Shown here: piece after piece, positions 1-7,820 of the stretch
How positions within the stretch are numbered: position 1 is the stretch's first letter
Layout of the letters: each line of letters opens with the position of its first letter
Source: a virus
IMG/VR virus record: IMGVR_UViG_3300045988_103846
Reading direction: 5' to 3' (one strand)
DNA length: 64,000 bases
Translations under genes and position numbers: made by a program
Notes under the pieces: model-generated
The model's database searches: none
Told to the model about the DNA's origin: nothing
The model's input: the letters and a program-made list of their open reading frames with translations, nothing else

Positions 1-265
1 GTTTAGCCCTCTCATCTATTACTTTTACTCTTTGACCCATCTTAGTTGCCTCTTCATATACCTTTGGAAGAAGCCCTATTCTGAATCTACCTGCATCTGA
101 AATGTACTTGATGAAGCCATCCCATTTAGTCTTTCCCTTTTGATACATTAGGATGTGCCAAGCATTCGGATGTTTCACACGAAAAAGATCACAAAGCTTC
201 ATCAAAGCCTTGCGATCCCCGTCTAATTGGCAGATATTGCCATTCTTAATCTCAATTGTAACCAT
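1..265 (-). CDS. partial CDS: N-terminal 88 codons of a hypothetical replication-region protein (gene runs off the left edge)
   Basis: ATG at 265-263 (minus) opens a stop-free frame to position 1: MVTIEIKNGNICQLDGDRKALMKLCDLFRVKHPNAWHILMYQKGKTKWDGFIKYISDAGRFRIGLLPKVYEEATKMGQRVKVIDERAK. It is missing from the ORF track because it is truncated. It starts 10 nt after the stop of the preceding minus-strand gene. The KWDG...GLLP pattern reminds me of phage SF2 helicase N-termini, but that is only a recollection. Confidence 0.5.
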   Translation of the reverse strand, partial: MVTIEIKNGNICQLDGDRKALMKLCDLFRVKHPNAWHILMYQKGKTKWDGFIKYISDAGRFRIGLLPKVYEEATKMGQRVKVIDERAK

Positions 266-275
266 ATAGTTAGAT

Positions 276-1106
276 TTATTTGAACTGTTTCCAAGTGTCT
301 TCTGATAGAGCTGCTCTCTTAACTTGTATACCATTCTTAGCAATGAATTGGGCTAGTCTCTGCTCGGCTTTATCGTTACCCAGATCCCTTAGGTTTGGTA
401 TACCGTTGCAGAAACTGAGGGCAGCAAACTGAGCAGAGATGAAAGCATAGTAATCCATATTGTACTTGTCAGCTAATTCCCTGGCTTGAACAAAGTATAC
501 ATATTCGGATGGATTCTGGGTGTAGTCTACATACATCCCAGTCATCTCCGATACTTTGGATTGATATATACTCATAATTTCTCTAGTGTTCTGAGGATAA
601 GGGTCATTCCTTATGGATTCCTCTGCAGTATACCTACTGTCTATGTAGCTAGCCTTTTGCACCATCCAAGAAGCAGCAAAGTTGAAGTTTGGTCTCTTTG
701 CTTTAGTCATCATCTTCAGACCAAGCTCAATGAAAGCAATGTAGCCAGCCCTCTTCTCCAGATCATGGTTATCACAGAACTGATTCAATACTGTGGTTAG
801 TTGTCTAATCTGACCCCAGGTCTGATCTGTCTGCTTTATCTTAGTCACTCCCACATGTTTCATCTTTATCCTGCAAGAATATATTATATGGGCAGCAAGA
901 TTGGCATCTCCTATGGAGCCCTCACTCCTTCGGATAGTCTTCTCTTCTCTCTTAGTGTTTGCAACCATAGTTCGGTTGTCACATGACACTTCCCTTGCTG
1001 CCCTCATCAGTCTGTCTATGTTGGGCTTAGACAACTTTATACCAAGCTCCTTAGTGAGATGTATAAAGACACTTTTGGTGATGTGTATACTGGGTTCTCT
1101 ATCCAT
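276..1106 (-). CDS. hypothetical protein (276 aa), replication-module neighbour
   Basis: Long ATG-initiated ORF abutting the primase gene (2-nt gap). No motif recognised. Confidence 0.7.
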   Translation of the reverse strand: MDREPSIHITKSVFIHLTKELGIKLSKPNIDRLMRAAREVSCDNRTMVANTKREEKTIRRSEGSIGDANLAAHIIYSCRIKMKHVGVTKIKQTDQTWGQIRQLTTVLNQFCDNHDLEKRAGYIAFIELGLKMMTKAKRPNFNFAASWMVQKASYIDSRYTAEESIRNDPYPQNTREIMSIYQSKVSEMTGMYVDYTQNPSEYVYFVQARELADKYNMDYYAFISAQFAALSFCNGIPNLRDLGNDKAEQRLAQFIAKNGIQVKRAALSEDTWKQFK

Positions 1107-1108
1107 TT

Positions 1109-2059
1109 TTATAAGCTTTGTTTTAATGCTAATAGTTCTTGATAAGATTGATAATGTACTTGATAGACATATCTAAGCACTTCCTTTCTCCCCAAGTCAT
1201 TGCAATCTTTCCCCTCAGGTAAGAACACTACCTTTACCCTTTTATAATTAACTAGCTTGAGGGCAAGATCAAGCGCATACGCCTTTGCATCGGGGTCAAA
1301 GAGAAGAATTATTCTCTCAACGGGGGATTTTATCATTTCATTTATTTGGTATCTGCTAACGGCTTTTCCTCCCGATGCAATGCCCCTATCCCCCATTGTC
1401 TGAGCATTGATCGCCCCCTCACATAAAAAGATAGACTGATACATGTCAAGAGCATCTTTATTGTAGATAATGAAGGACTTTCCCAGACCAGACTCTGAAG
1501 CATCTGGGTTGTTATATCTTGGTCCGTTGCCTGCAAAGAGTCGGGCATTGAAGTATACTAGCTGGCCATGTTCATGAAAGGGTATTATCAAATAACCGAA
1601 ATATTTGTCTTTAGTTCCATACCCCCATCCTCTCTTAGATAGGTCTTCTACATTGAACCCTCTCTTGGTGACATAAGCTCTAGCCATCTTGGCTAATGTA
1701 GAGTCCCCCTGATTTAGAAGCTTAAAGCCCTCTGGAAGATACAGATCTCTCTTCCCTCTAAGCTCTATCTTCTCCTCTTTGAAGACATATCCAGAGTATT
1801 CTTCTTTATCAAGCAGCTGAATTACTTGACTGTAATTGTCTAGATTTTCTAGATACAGGACTAAGTCAATTGTAGAGGGGTGTTCTCCACATCTGAAGCA
1901 GTTGCATCGATTCATGCTCAGGTTGATACCAAACTTCAGATCTCTTCCGCAATATGGACACTTAGACTTCATCCACCCGTGACGATAATCAAATGCCCCA
2001 AGTTTGATCTGGAAGTACTTGTGGAGACGACCCTTTATATTATTTGACAATCTAGACAT
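1109..2059 (-). CDS. DNA primase (zinc-ribbon + TOPRIM, DnaG/T7 gp4-like)
   Basis: Zinc ribbon CPYCGR...CNCFRCGE near the N-terminus. TOPRIM signature with the conserved Glu in FLCEGAINAQT and DxD in LLFDPDAKAY. Located next to a DnaB-like helicase. Confidence 0.8.
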   Translation of the reverse strand: MSRLSNNIKGRLHKYFQIKLGAFDYRHGWMKSKCPYCGRDLKFGINLSMNRCNCFRCGEHPSTIDLVLYLENLDNYSQVIQLLDKEEYSGYVFKEEKIELRGKRDLYLPEGFKLLNQGDSTLAKMARAYVTKRGFNVEDLSKRGWGYGTKDKYFGYLIIPFHEHGQLVYFNARLFAGNGPRYNNPDASESGLGKSFIIYNKDALDMYQSIFLCEGAINAQTMGDRGIASGGKAVSRYQINEMIKSPVERIILLFDPDAKAYALDLALKLVNYKRVKVVFLPEGKDCNDLGRKEVLRYVYQVHYQSYQELLALKQSL

Positions 2060-2384
2060 TACGACTCCTTAAGTATTCTTCTTTAGTCACTTTGTGAAAG
2101 ACCAACCAAGTCCCATCAGTTCTAGTGTAACCTGAGCAAGTAGTATTGGCTTCCTTAGTAGTGAGTATTCTTTGACAAATCCCGCCCTCTAAGAAGTCAC
2201 ACCCTTTACAATTTCCAGGCAAGGGTGCTTCTACTGCTTGGTAATAATGCCCTCGAGAGGAGAATATATGACCGGGCTTTATGAAGATCTTAGCATAAGC
2301 CAGATTGTGGGGACTAATCATACTAGCCCTGTCCCTGTGATTGTCCATCATTGCTTTTATGGACATCGATATATCGTTTCTCAT
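2052..2384 (-). CDS. hypothetical Cys-rich protein (110 aa)
   Basis: ATG ORF overlapping the primase start by 8 nt. Contains GNCKGCDFLEGGICQ...CSGY. Confidence 0.6.
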   Translation of the reverse strand: MRNDISMSIKAMMDNHRDRASMISPHNLAYAKIFIKPGHIFSSRGHYYQAVEAPLPGNCKGCDFLEGGICQRILTTKEANTTCSGYTRTDGTWLVFHKVTKEEYLRSRNV

Positions 2385-2399
2385 TTTATTGATTATTTA

Positions 2400-3851
2400 T
2401 TAAATGTCACCTGTCTTGTGGGCTGCTTTAGAAGCATCTGCCCTTGTATTATTATTAGACTTTCGCTTGATCATTTGATCTACTATCTTCCCCTGAGTCT
2501 CATCATATTTAGCCCGAGCATCTTTGGAGAATTCTTTCCACCTCTGCCTGTCAGGATCAATATTAAAGAGACATCTCCCATGAGGTTTACCATCCCTCTG
2601 AACTACAATTTCAAGCCTCTGAATATTATGCTCTTCTTCATCATCAGTAGAGTTGAGACCCATGATGCACTGGGCATTTCTGATGATAGATATTGCAGAA
2701 GCAATATCGTTGTCTTCATACACAGTATCTTTATGCTTAGCCCCCTCTCGAGTTATATGCTGAGCAGTCCATATTGCATCTAGTCCCAGCTCATTCCCGA
2801 GATTATCTAGATCAATGTATACTTGATTGATTCTCTCTATATCCTCTTTTTGACGAAGAGTAGACCCGAGCTTTGCAGCATAATCAACCATGAGTATATT
2901 GATCTTGATTCCCAGCTCTGCTTCCACTTTCTGAATGATAGCCCTGATCGTGTTAGTGTCATCAATGAGAGCAGCTACCCTTTCTACAATGAACTCAACC
3001 CCGAGTCTCTTATATTTCCTCATGTGCTTCTGCTCCTGCTTATCATAATCTCCAGAGAGAAGGTCTAGTTTAGTTTTGTTCAAAGTAGATTGAATCATTC
3101 TCTCCATGATCTGCCTCTTTCCATTCTCAGTGTCTATATAGAGAACATTCTTCTTCATCGACAGATACCCTCTTGCTACATTGATGAGAGCAAAGGTCTT
3201 CTTGGCTTTTGGTCGATCTAGTAGAACAAAGATTGAACCCCGAGAGTAGCCCTGTCCATTAGATAGATTATTTAATTGCCAGTATGGAGTGGGAATAACA
3301 TCAGGGTCAGCTTGTCTGAATAACTGTCTCTGGCTAGTTCCCCTTACCATCATCAGAGGCTCTTCCTCTTTGACTGGCTTAGATTCTTGGATGATTTTAG
3401 AAACCTTAGATTGGTAGTCAGCATAAGTGTTGAAGTTAGAGAAATCCATTTGCTCGGTGAGAGCCTTCATCTCTACATAAGCGGCAAATTGATAGATCTT
3501 CTCTAAGATAGCATCCCCGTCCTTAAGAGGGATCCCGTACAGGTTGTCGATGACCTTATGAATATTAGGGATATCCTCTTTGGTCACCAGGTCTACATAG
3601 CTCTTGTCTTCAAGCAAATTCTTGAGAGTCTCAATCAAGAGAGGTTTACTTGGGATCTTCTTATATTTCCGGTAGAACTTATGCAGCCCCTCTAATATAA
3701 GGGAATGCTCAATCAGAGCAAAATAACCGGGCTTGACCTTGTTCATCACAAGTGAACCCTCTTTACCCTGGATCAAGAACCTCAAAACCTCCAGTTGAAA
3801 CTCCAGAGAGAATGAGAATTTGTTAGTTGCATCAAAAGTGTGCTTCTTCAT
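2400..3851 (-). CDS. DnaB-like replicative helicase (RecA-fold)
   Basis: Walker-A-like LLDRPKAKKTFALINVA (compare DnaB RPxMGKT). Walker-B-like INILMVDYAAKL, then WTAQHITREG. Start moved to the ATG at 3851 (MKKHTF...) because the track's 17-aa extension covers a promoter-like AT-rich leader. Confidence 0.7.
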   Translation of the reverse strand: MKKHTFDATNKFSFSLEFQLEVLRFLIQGKEGSLVMNKVKPGYFALIEHSLILEGLHKFYRKYKKIPSKPLLIETLKNLLEDKSYVDLVTKEDIPNIHKVIDNLYGIPLKDGDAILEKIYQFAAYVEMKALTEQMDFSNFNTYADYQSKVSKIIQESKPVKEEEPLMMVRGTSQRQLFRQADPDVIPTPYWQLNNLSNGQGYSRGSIFVLLDRPKAKKTFALINVARGYLSMKKNVLYIDTENGKRQIMERMIQSTLNKTKLDLLSGDYDKQEQKHMRKYKRLGVEFIVERVAALIDDTNTIRAIIQKVEAELGIKINILMVDYAAKLGSTLRQKEDIERINQVYIDLDNLGNELGLDAIWTAQHITREGAKHKDTVYEDNDIASAISIIRNAQCIMGLNSTDDEEEHNIQRLEIVVQRDGKPHGRCLFNIDPDRQRWKEFSKDARAKYDETQGKIVDQMIKRKSNNNTRADASKAAHKTGDI

Positions 3852-3959
3852 ATCAGTTGTTAATATTGCAATATAATTGCTCAATAGTATTTGAAAGAAC
3901 ACCTGATGCTATTCCTGAAGTAGCTCTCATAGCAGCCTCTAAGAAGATTTTTCTCAGGA

Positions 3960-4018
3960 GTCTATCAAATTTCAAAATTTATTATTATATTTGCATTGTA
4001 ATTTAATAATAAGCTTAT
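3960..4018 (+). promoter_or_regulatory. copy of the reiterated early promoter, plus-strand orientation
   Basis: TTATTATATTTGCATTG at 3982-3998 contains TATATTTG, which matches the Bacteroidota -7 consensus TAnnTTTG. An A/T-rich 20-nt leader follows, up to the ATG at 4019. The core is the same as in 8 minus-strand copies. Confidence 0.6.
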
Positions 4019-4669
4019 ATGAAAACGAAAGGCACAAACGGCTCAGAAGTTCACAGGTTGAAGACATTTGAGCACGTGGATGAAAAATTATTCAACCGAC
4101 TCTGGAAGACTTGCCAGCCCCTGATAAGGAAGCTGTCCAGGAATATAGATCTCCGGAAGTACAATGTCTCCCAGGATGTTATACAATCTTACTTTGAGGA
4201 CAAGTTCCTCTATGTCTACAACAAATATCAGGATAAATATGATGAGGATCATCTAAAATATACCCTGATACATTCCCTTACTCAATTCAGAAACAAGCTA
4301 CTTAGGGCAGCCTATACTGAGCAAGCAGAGTTTAATGATGACATGAGATCTCTAGATGATTTATCAGTGGAGAAAGATTGGGATATAGAAGATGAAGATG
4401 AAACAGCTTATAAATCAGAGCTGTCTCAGAAACTGCATAAATTCATGAAAGAACATCTCACAGATGATGAATATCTTTTATTCATCACTCAGCTCAATCC
4501 CCCTCCATTCTTTGATGAGAGAATCAAGGAGTCTCATGGAAGGATATCTGCTTATGCTTTGATTGAGTTCTTTGAGCTCCCGAAGAACATGAGATCCCAG
4601 GAGATTATATCCCAGATGAGGGCGGATATTCAGGAAGCTCTAGACTTAGCTGCTAGAACTTTACGCTAA
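4019..4669 (+). CDS. putative sigma-70/ECF-like transcription factor (216 aa)
   Basis: Region-2-like spacing (FNRLWKTCQPLIRKL...SQDVIQSYFEDKFLYVYNKY...LIHSLTQFRNKLLRA) and a C-terminal helix-rich segment (LTDDEYLLFITQL...IISQMRADIQEALDLAARTL). The similarity is weak and judged by eye only. Confidence 0.35.
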   Translation: MKTKGTNGSEVHRLKTFEHVDEKLFNRLWKTCQPLIRKLSRNIDLRKYNVSQDVIQSYFEDKFLYVYNKYQDKYDEDHLKYTLIHSLTQFRNKLLRAAYTEQAEFNDDMRSLDDLSVEKDWDIEDEDETAYKSELSQKLHKFMKEHLTDDEYLLFITQLNPPPFFDERIKESHGRISAYALIEFFELPKNMRSQEIISQMRADIQEALDLAARTLR

Positions 4670-4741
4670 AAGAGGCCAGAACTCCTTGCGGAATTCCAGC
4701 CTCCGGAATTAACCAACTCAACTGATGGCTAACGGCTATGA

Positions 4742-5206
4742 CTAAATTTTGATCTCTATGTAAATTTTCTCTCCCCTTTGATCAGCTTCTTTCAGGATTG
4801 AATACAGGGATCTAAAAGTTTCTGTGGATTCTAATACTTTCCCGACAGCTTTATTTTTGCCCACTAAGATACAGCCTGCAGTTTGAGTAGCCTTGTTTCC
4901 TATATGTATGAGGATTCCCTCATAACCTGGAACTTTAAGAAGTCGAGGAAGATACCCTTTACAGAAAGCATAAGCTGGAGTAGTGGCAAATTTAGGGGAC
5001 TGCATCTTCATATACACTTGATAAGTACCCCGAGGTATAGCTGTCTGAGTTTTTATCTTTATAGCTAGTATCTCTTCTTTTGGCATAGTTTGAGTGAGAC
5101 CCCGATCGGTATCTTCTATAGTATCGCAGAAATATTCTCCATTGATATATAGCTTACCTATGGTATATTTGGGTTTGAGGTATTTTCTAATCAAGGTTAA
5201 CTTCAT
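4742..5206 (-). CDS. putative cell-wall hydrolase / endolysin candidate (DUF5675-like)
   Basis: Pattern GTYQV...SPKF...LPRLLKVPGYEGILIHIGNKATQTAGCILVG, which I associate with a phage/Bacteroidota family of unknown biochemistry. It lies immediately downstream of a holin-like gene and overlaps it. The ATG at 5206 is preferred over the TTG at 5212. Confidence 0.4.
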   Translation of the reverse strand: MKLTLIRKYLKPKYTIGKLYINGEYFCDTIEDTDRGLTQTMPKEEILAIKIKTQTAIPRGTYQVYMKMQSPKFATTPAYAFCKGYLPRLLKVPGYEGILIHIGNKATQTAGCILVGKNKAVGKVLESTETFRSLYSILKEADQRGEKIYIEIKI

Positions 5207-5681
5207 CGTCAATATGTTTTTTTTGGTTGTACATTCTGAGCATCTCTTTAATTTCTTCTCTATCCATGAGTTTAAGAAGAAGAGCTAAAGTCTGATCCTG
5301 AGACTTCTTGGTTTTCGCATCTGCTTTTTCTCGAACTGATAGGAACTCCACTATGAGCAGGAAGATGCCCACTATTATAGTTATAATAGGAACCCCCAGG
5401 AGCAATGTTATACCGGTCAACTCCCAGAATCTAGCATAGTGTATTAACACATCTACTAGAGAAGCAATGAAAAGCCCTCCCTCATAAGTGATAAACTTAG
5501 TGAGTGTTCTCTTAAGAGCTTCTGATCGATGGACCTCATTTCGTTGCTTAGCTTTATACAAGCCAGAGCCAAGATCTATGATCATGGCCATCAGCACGCA
5601 GAGCATTACAATTACAACTTGAAAGAACATACCAGGTGTTTCGAACAATAGTTCAGGCATTGTGATTAAAATTTTAGACAT
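5187..5681 (-). CDS. holin-like membrane protein
   Basis: Several hydrophobic helices. IDLGSGLYKAK and VEFLSVREK resemble the DxxTG...ExLSIxEN signatures of the Phage_holin_4_1 family. Charged C-terminal tail. Adjacent to the putative hydrolase. Confidence 0.5.
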   Translation of the reverse strand: MSKILITMPELLFETPGMFFQVVIVMLCVLMAMIIDLGSGLYKAKQRNEVHRSEALKRTLTKFITYEGGLFIASLVDVLIHYARFWELTGITLLLGVPIITIIVGIFLLIVEFLSVREKADAKTKKSQDQTLALLLKLMDREEIKEMLRMYNQKKHIDDEVNLD

Positions 5682-5712
5682 CGGTACTTTGATTGATTAG
5701 AGATTATCTCGA

Positions 5713-6159
5713 TTAGAAGTCTGACCACGGGATCTGAAGATCTTGACCCATGACATCAGAGAGCCATCGGTTGAAGATCATTCCCTCATAGCCGTCTATG
5801 TCCATTGCAGTGTGAAGAGCAAAGTCAATGCACTGGGCCTCAGTAAGGAGGTCTGGACAGAAATCGGCATAGGCCATGTTTGCTAGATAAGTGAGGTCTC
5901 CGAGAGTAGCTTTGGGCGGGAAGTTGTCCAGAGCTTCTGCACTTTTCTTTGAGGCCTCCCTCACAGCGGCAGCATTCCAAGAGTGAGAAGAACCATCTGA
6001 GTTCTTCATTAGTGAGCTGGCATATACAGCCAGTTGATTAGTGAAATGTCTGCCGTTTCTTTTAATATAAGATTGAAAGCCAGGGTCTTCGCAGCAGGCA
6101 TTAGAATTGCCGCTAGAGCTTTCTTTTATGATTTCCCCTATAAATCTATAGCGCTTCAT
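5713..6159 (-). CDS. hypothetical protein (148 aa)
   Basis: ATG ORF with an ATGA start/stop overlap to the upstream gene. Confidence 0.6.
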   Translation of the reverse strand: MKRYRFIGEIIKESSSGNSNACCEDPGFQSYIKRNGRHFTNQLAVYASSLMKNSDGSSHSWNAAAVREASKKSAEALDNFPPKATLGDLTYLANMAYADFCPDLLTEAQCIDFALHTAMDIDGYEGMIFNRWLSDVMGQDLQIPWSDF

Positions 6160-6647
6160 GATTTGAATTCTTTGAGAAGGGTTTTCATCATGTCTTTCAT
6201 CTCACCCATAGTGTCTTCCACTTTGGAGAAACGATCTTCAATTTGAGTGAATCTAGCTTCGGTCTCTTGTTTCTCTTTGAGGGCAGGATTGAGGTCACCC
6301 AAAAGCTTCTGGGATTTCTCCAGGACCTCTTTCTGTTTGTCTACTGAAGCCAAGATCTGCTCTGCAGCATTCTTCATTGCTTCTATTTCACAGATGAGAC
6401 TACCCTTGTCTGTAGCAAGAACTAAATTGCCAGCATAGGTAACCACCAGATCATCTGGTATAGCATAAGGTCTAGTAGAGCCGTTTATCTCAATGGAGAC
6501 ATCTACCAGTGTCTCCATCTTACTGGTCTTGGGATTGATCTCTACTCTTGGCTGGGAGACTGACAAAGTCTTGCCCTGAGTAACTGTGAGATCTTCTTTA
6601 TTGAGAATGTATATCGGGTAGTTGGGTTTCAAATCTTTGAATGTCAT
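6156..6647 (-). CDS. hypothetical coiled-coil protein
   Basis: Start moved to the ATG at 6647 (MTFKDLKPNY...) because the track's N-terminal extension runs through the terminator hairpin at 6679-6702. The C-terminal half is heptad-like and charged. Confidence 0.6.
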   Translation of the reverse strand: MTFKDLKPNYPIYILNKEDLTVTQGKTLSVSQPRVEINPKTSKMETLVDVSIEINGSTRPYAIPDDLVVTYAGNLVLATDKGSLICEIEAMKNAAEQILASVDKQKEVLEKSQKLLGDLNPALKEKQETEARFTQIEDRFSKVEDTMGEMKDMMKTLLKEFKS

Positions 6648-6671
6648 ATCTTGAGTCTTTAAGTTTATAAA

Positions 6672-6702
6672 CAAAAAAGCCCGGAGACTGTTATCCCCGG
6701 GC
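6672..6702 (-). terminator. rho-independent terminator after the Q/N-rich gene
   Basis: The minus strand reads GCCCGGGGATAACAGTCTCCGGGC followed by TTTTTTG. Confidence 0.8.
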
Positions 6703-6733
6703 ACCTACATGAAAACGAATTTATTTTGAGCGA

Positions 6734-7558
6734 TTACGCTGAGGCAGTGGTCGTTGTAGTAGTCTTCAGGGCTGCTATGAGAGCGGCATTCTGTCTCTGT
6801 TGTGAGAGCTCAAGACGAGCATCATTGTACCTCTGCTGGAGGTCCTGCTGCCAGTGAACGTTGAGAAGATCCATGATCTTCTGGGTGTTGTCCTGGTTAG
6901 CACGAATGATGTCGCACTTGTCTTGCTGAGCCTGGAAGGCCGTGGCGGAGAAGCCTCTCTCAATACTTGTGTTAGTCCGATCGAAACCAGACTGCATAGC
7001 ATTTATGATGTCTTTCTGGCCGAGCTGATTCTCGTAGCCCATCTTGATGATAGACTGCTGAGTCTGGCAGCAGCAATCCTTGAGAGCCTGAGTGAGCTGG
7101 AGGTTGCCCGTGAGGACAGCATTGATAACCTTCTCAGCATTAGAGTCAGCCTTTCCAGCCAGCAGGGCAATACCCTGGCGAACATCGCAGATAGCACCCT
7201 GGAGGGTGTTGAAATCGCAATTGAGGTTACCAGCAAGCTGGTTGATAGCAGAGTTAACTCCCTTGACCGCATCCATGACGAGGTTGGAGTTCTGGTTGTC
7301 TTGCATCTGGGTTCTGATTGCAGAAAGCTGGTTCTGTATCTCGGAATCCTGCAGGCCCTCCCGATGGTTGCCCCACATACGGTTAGCGAACATCATCCAT
7401 ACGAGATAGATGAACGGGTTGTTGTTCCAGTTGTTTGCACCTCCGTTGAGAGCAGCGGCCATGGCCATAGGATCAGTCTGATTCTTCTGGCTGAGGAGTG
7501 CATACAGAGCATCATTACTGTCACGATCACAGTAGATCTTTTCAATAGTATCTGCCAT
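6734..7558 (-). CDS. hypothetical Q/N-rich protein (274 aa) with a CCC motif and poly-Thr C-terminus
   Basis: ATG ORF with its own 262-nt upstream non-coding region and its own terminator. The local stop-poor composition opens antisense and alternative frames. Confidence 0.7.
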   Translation of the reverse strand: MADTIEKIYCDRDSNDALYALLSQKNQTDPMAMAAALNGGANNWNNNPFIYLVWMMFANRMWGNHREGLQDSEIQNQLSAIRTQMQDNQNSNLVMDAVKGVNSAINQLAGNLNCDFNTLQGAICDVRQGIALLAGKADSNAEKVINAVLTGNLQLTQALKDCCCQTQQSIIKMGYENQLGQKDIINAMQSGFDRTNTSIERGFSATAFQAQQDKCDIIRANQDNTQKIMDLLNVHWQQDLQQRYNDARLELSQQRQNAALIAALKTTTTTTASA

Positions 7559-7670
7559 AATTTTGGTGATTTTAGATTAGTGTTATGAATAAAATGGGTT
7601 AGAACGATACAGGAGAATTGAAAAAACCCTTGGCGCCTTTTAGATTTTTCGCATCCCTTGTATTTAATAT

Positions 7671-7683
7671 AAAACTGGTCTTG
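7671..7683. repeat. 13-mer AAAACTGGTCTTG, copy 1 of 3
   Basis: Exact 13-mer also found at 21796-21808 and 43305-43317. All three are intergenic or upstream of minus-strand genes. Confidence 0.8.
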
Positions 7684-7820
7684 TGTTTTAATGCCTGAAT
7701 GTGAATCAGTTACGAATGGGCAGAAGATGGCCACATGGCCTTTGGTTCACAAAAAGAAAGGAAGATCACCGATTATAGGGTACCTATAAATTTTGGCAAT
7801 CTTCCTTCAAATTTTGGCAA

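Noticed and set aside
6775-7734. Multiple long ORFs on both strands overlapping the Q/N-rich gene (6854..7588 +, 7003..7272 -, 7092..7409 +, 7393..7734 -).
   Set aside because: They are products of the locally stop-poor composition. Their sequences are low-complexity (L/S/R-rich), and they are nested in or antisense to a better ORF with defined start, leader and terminator.
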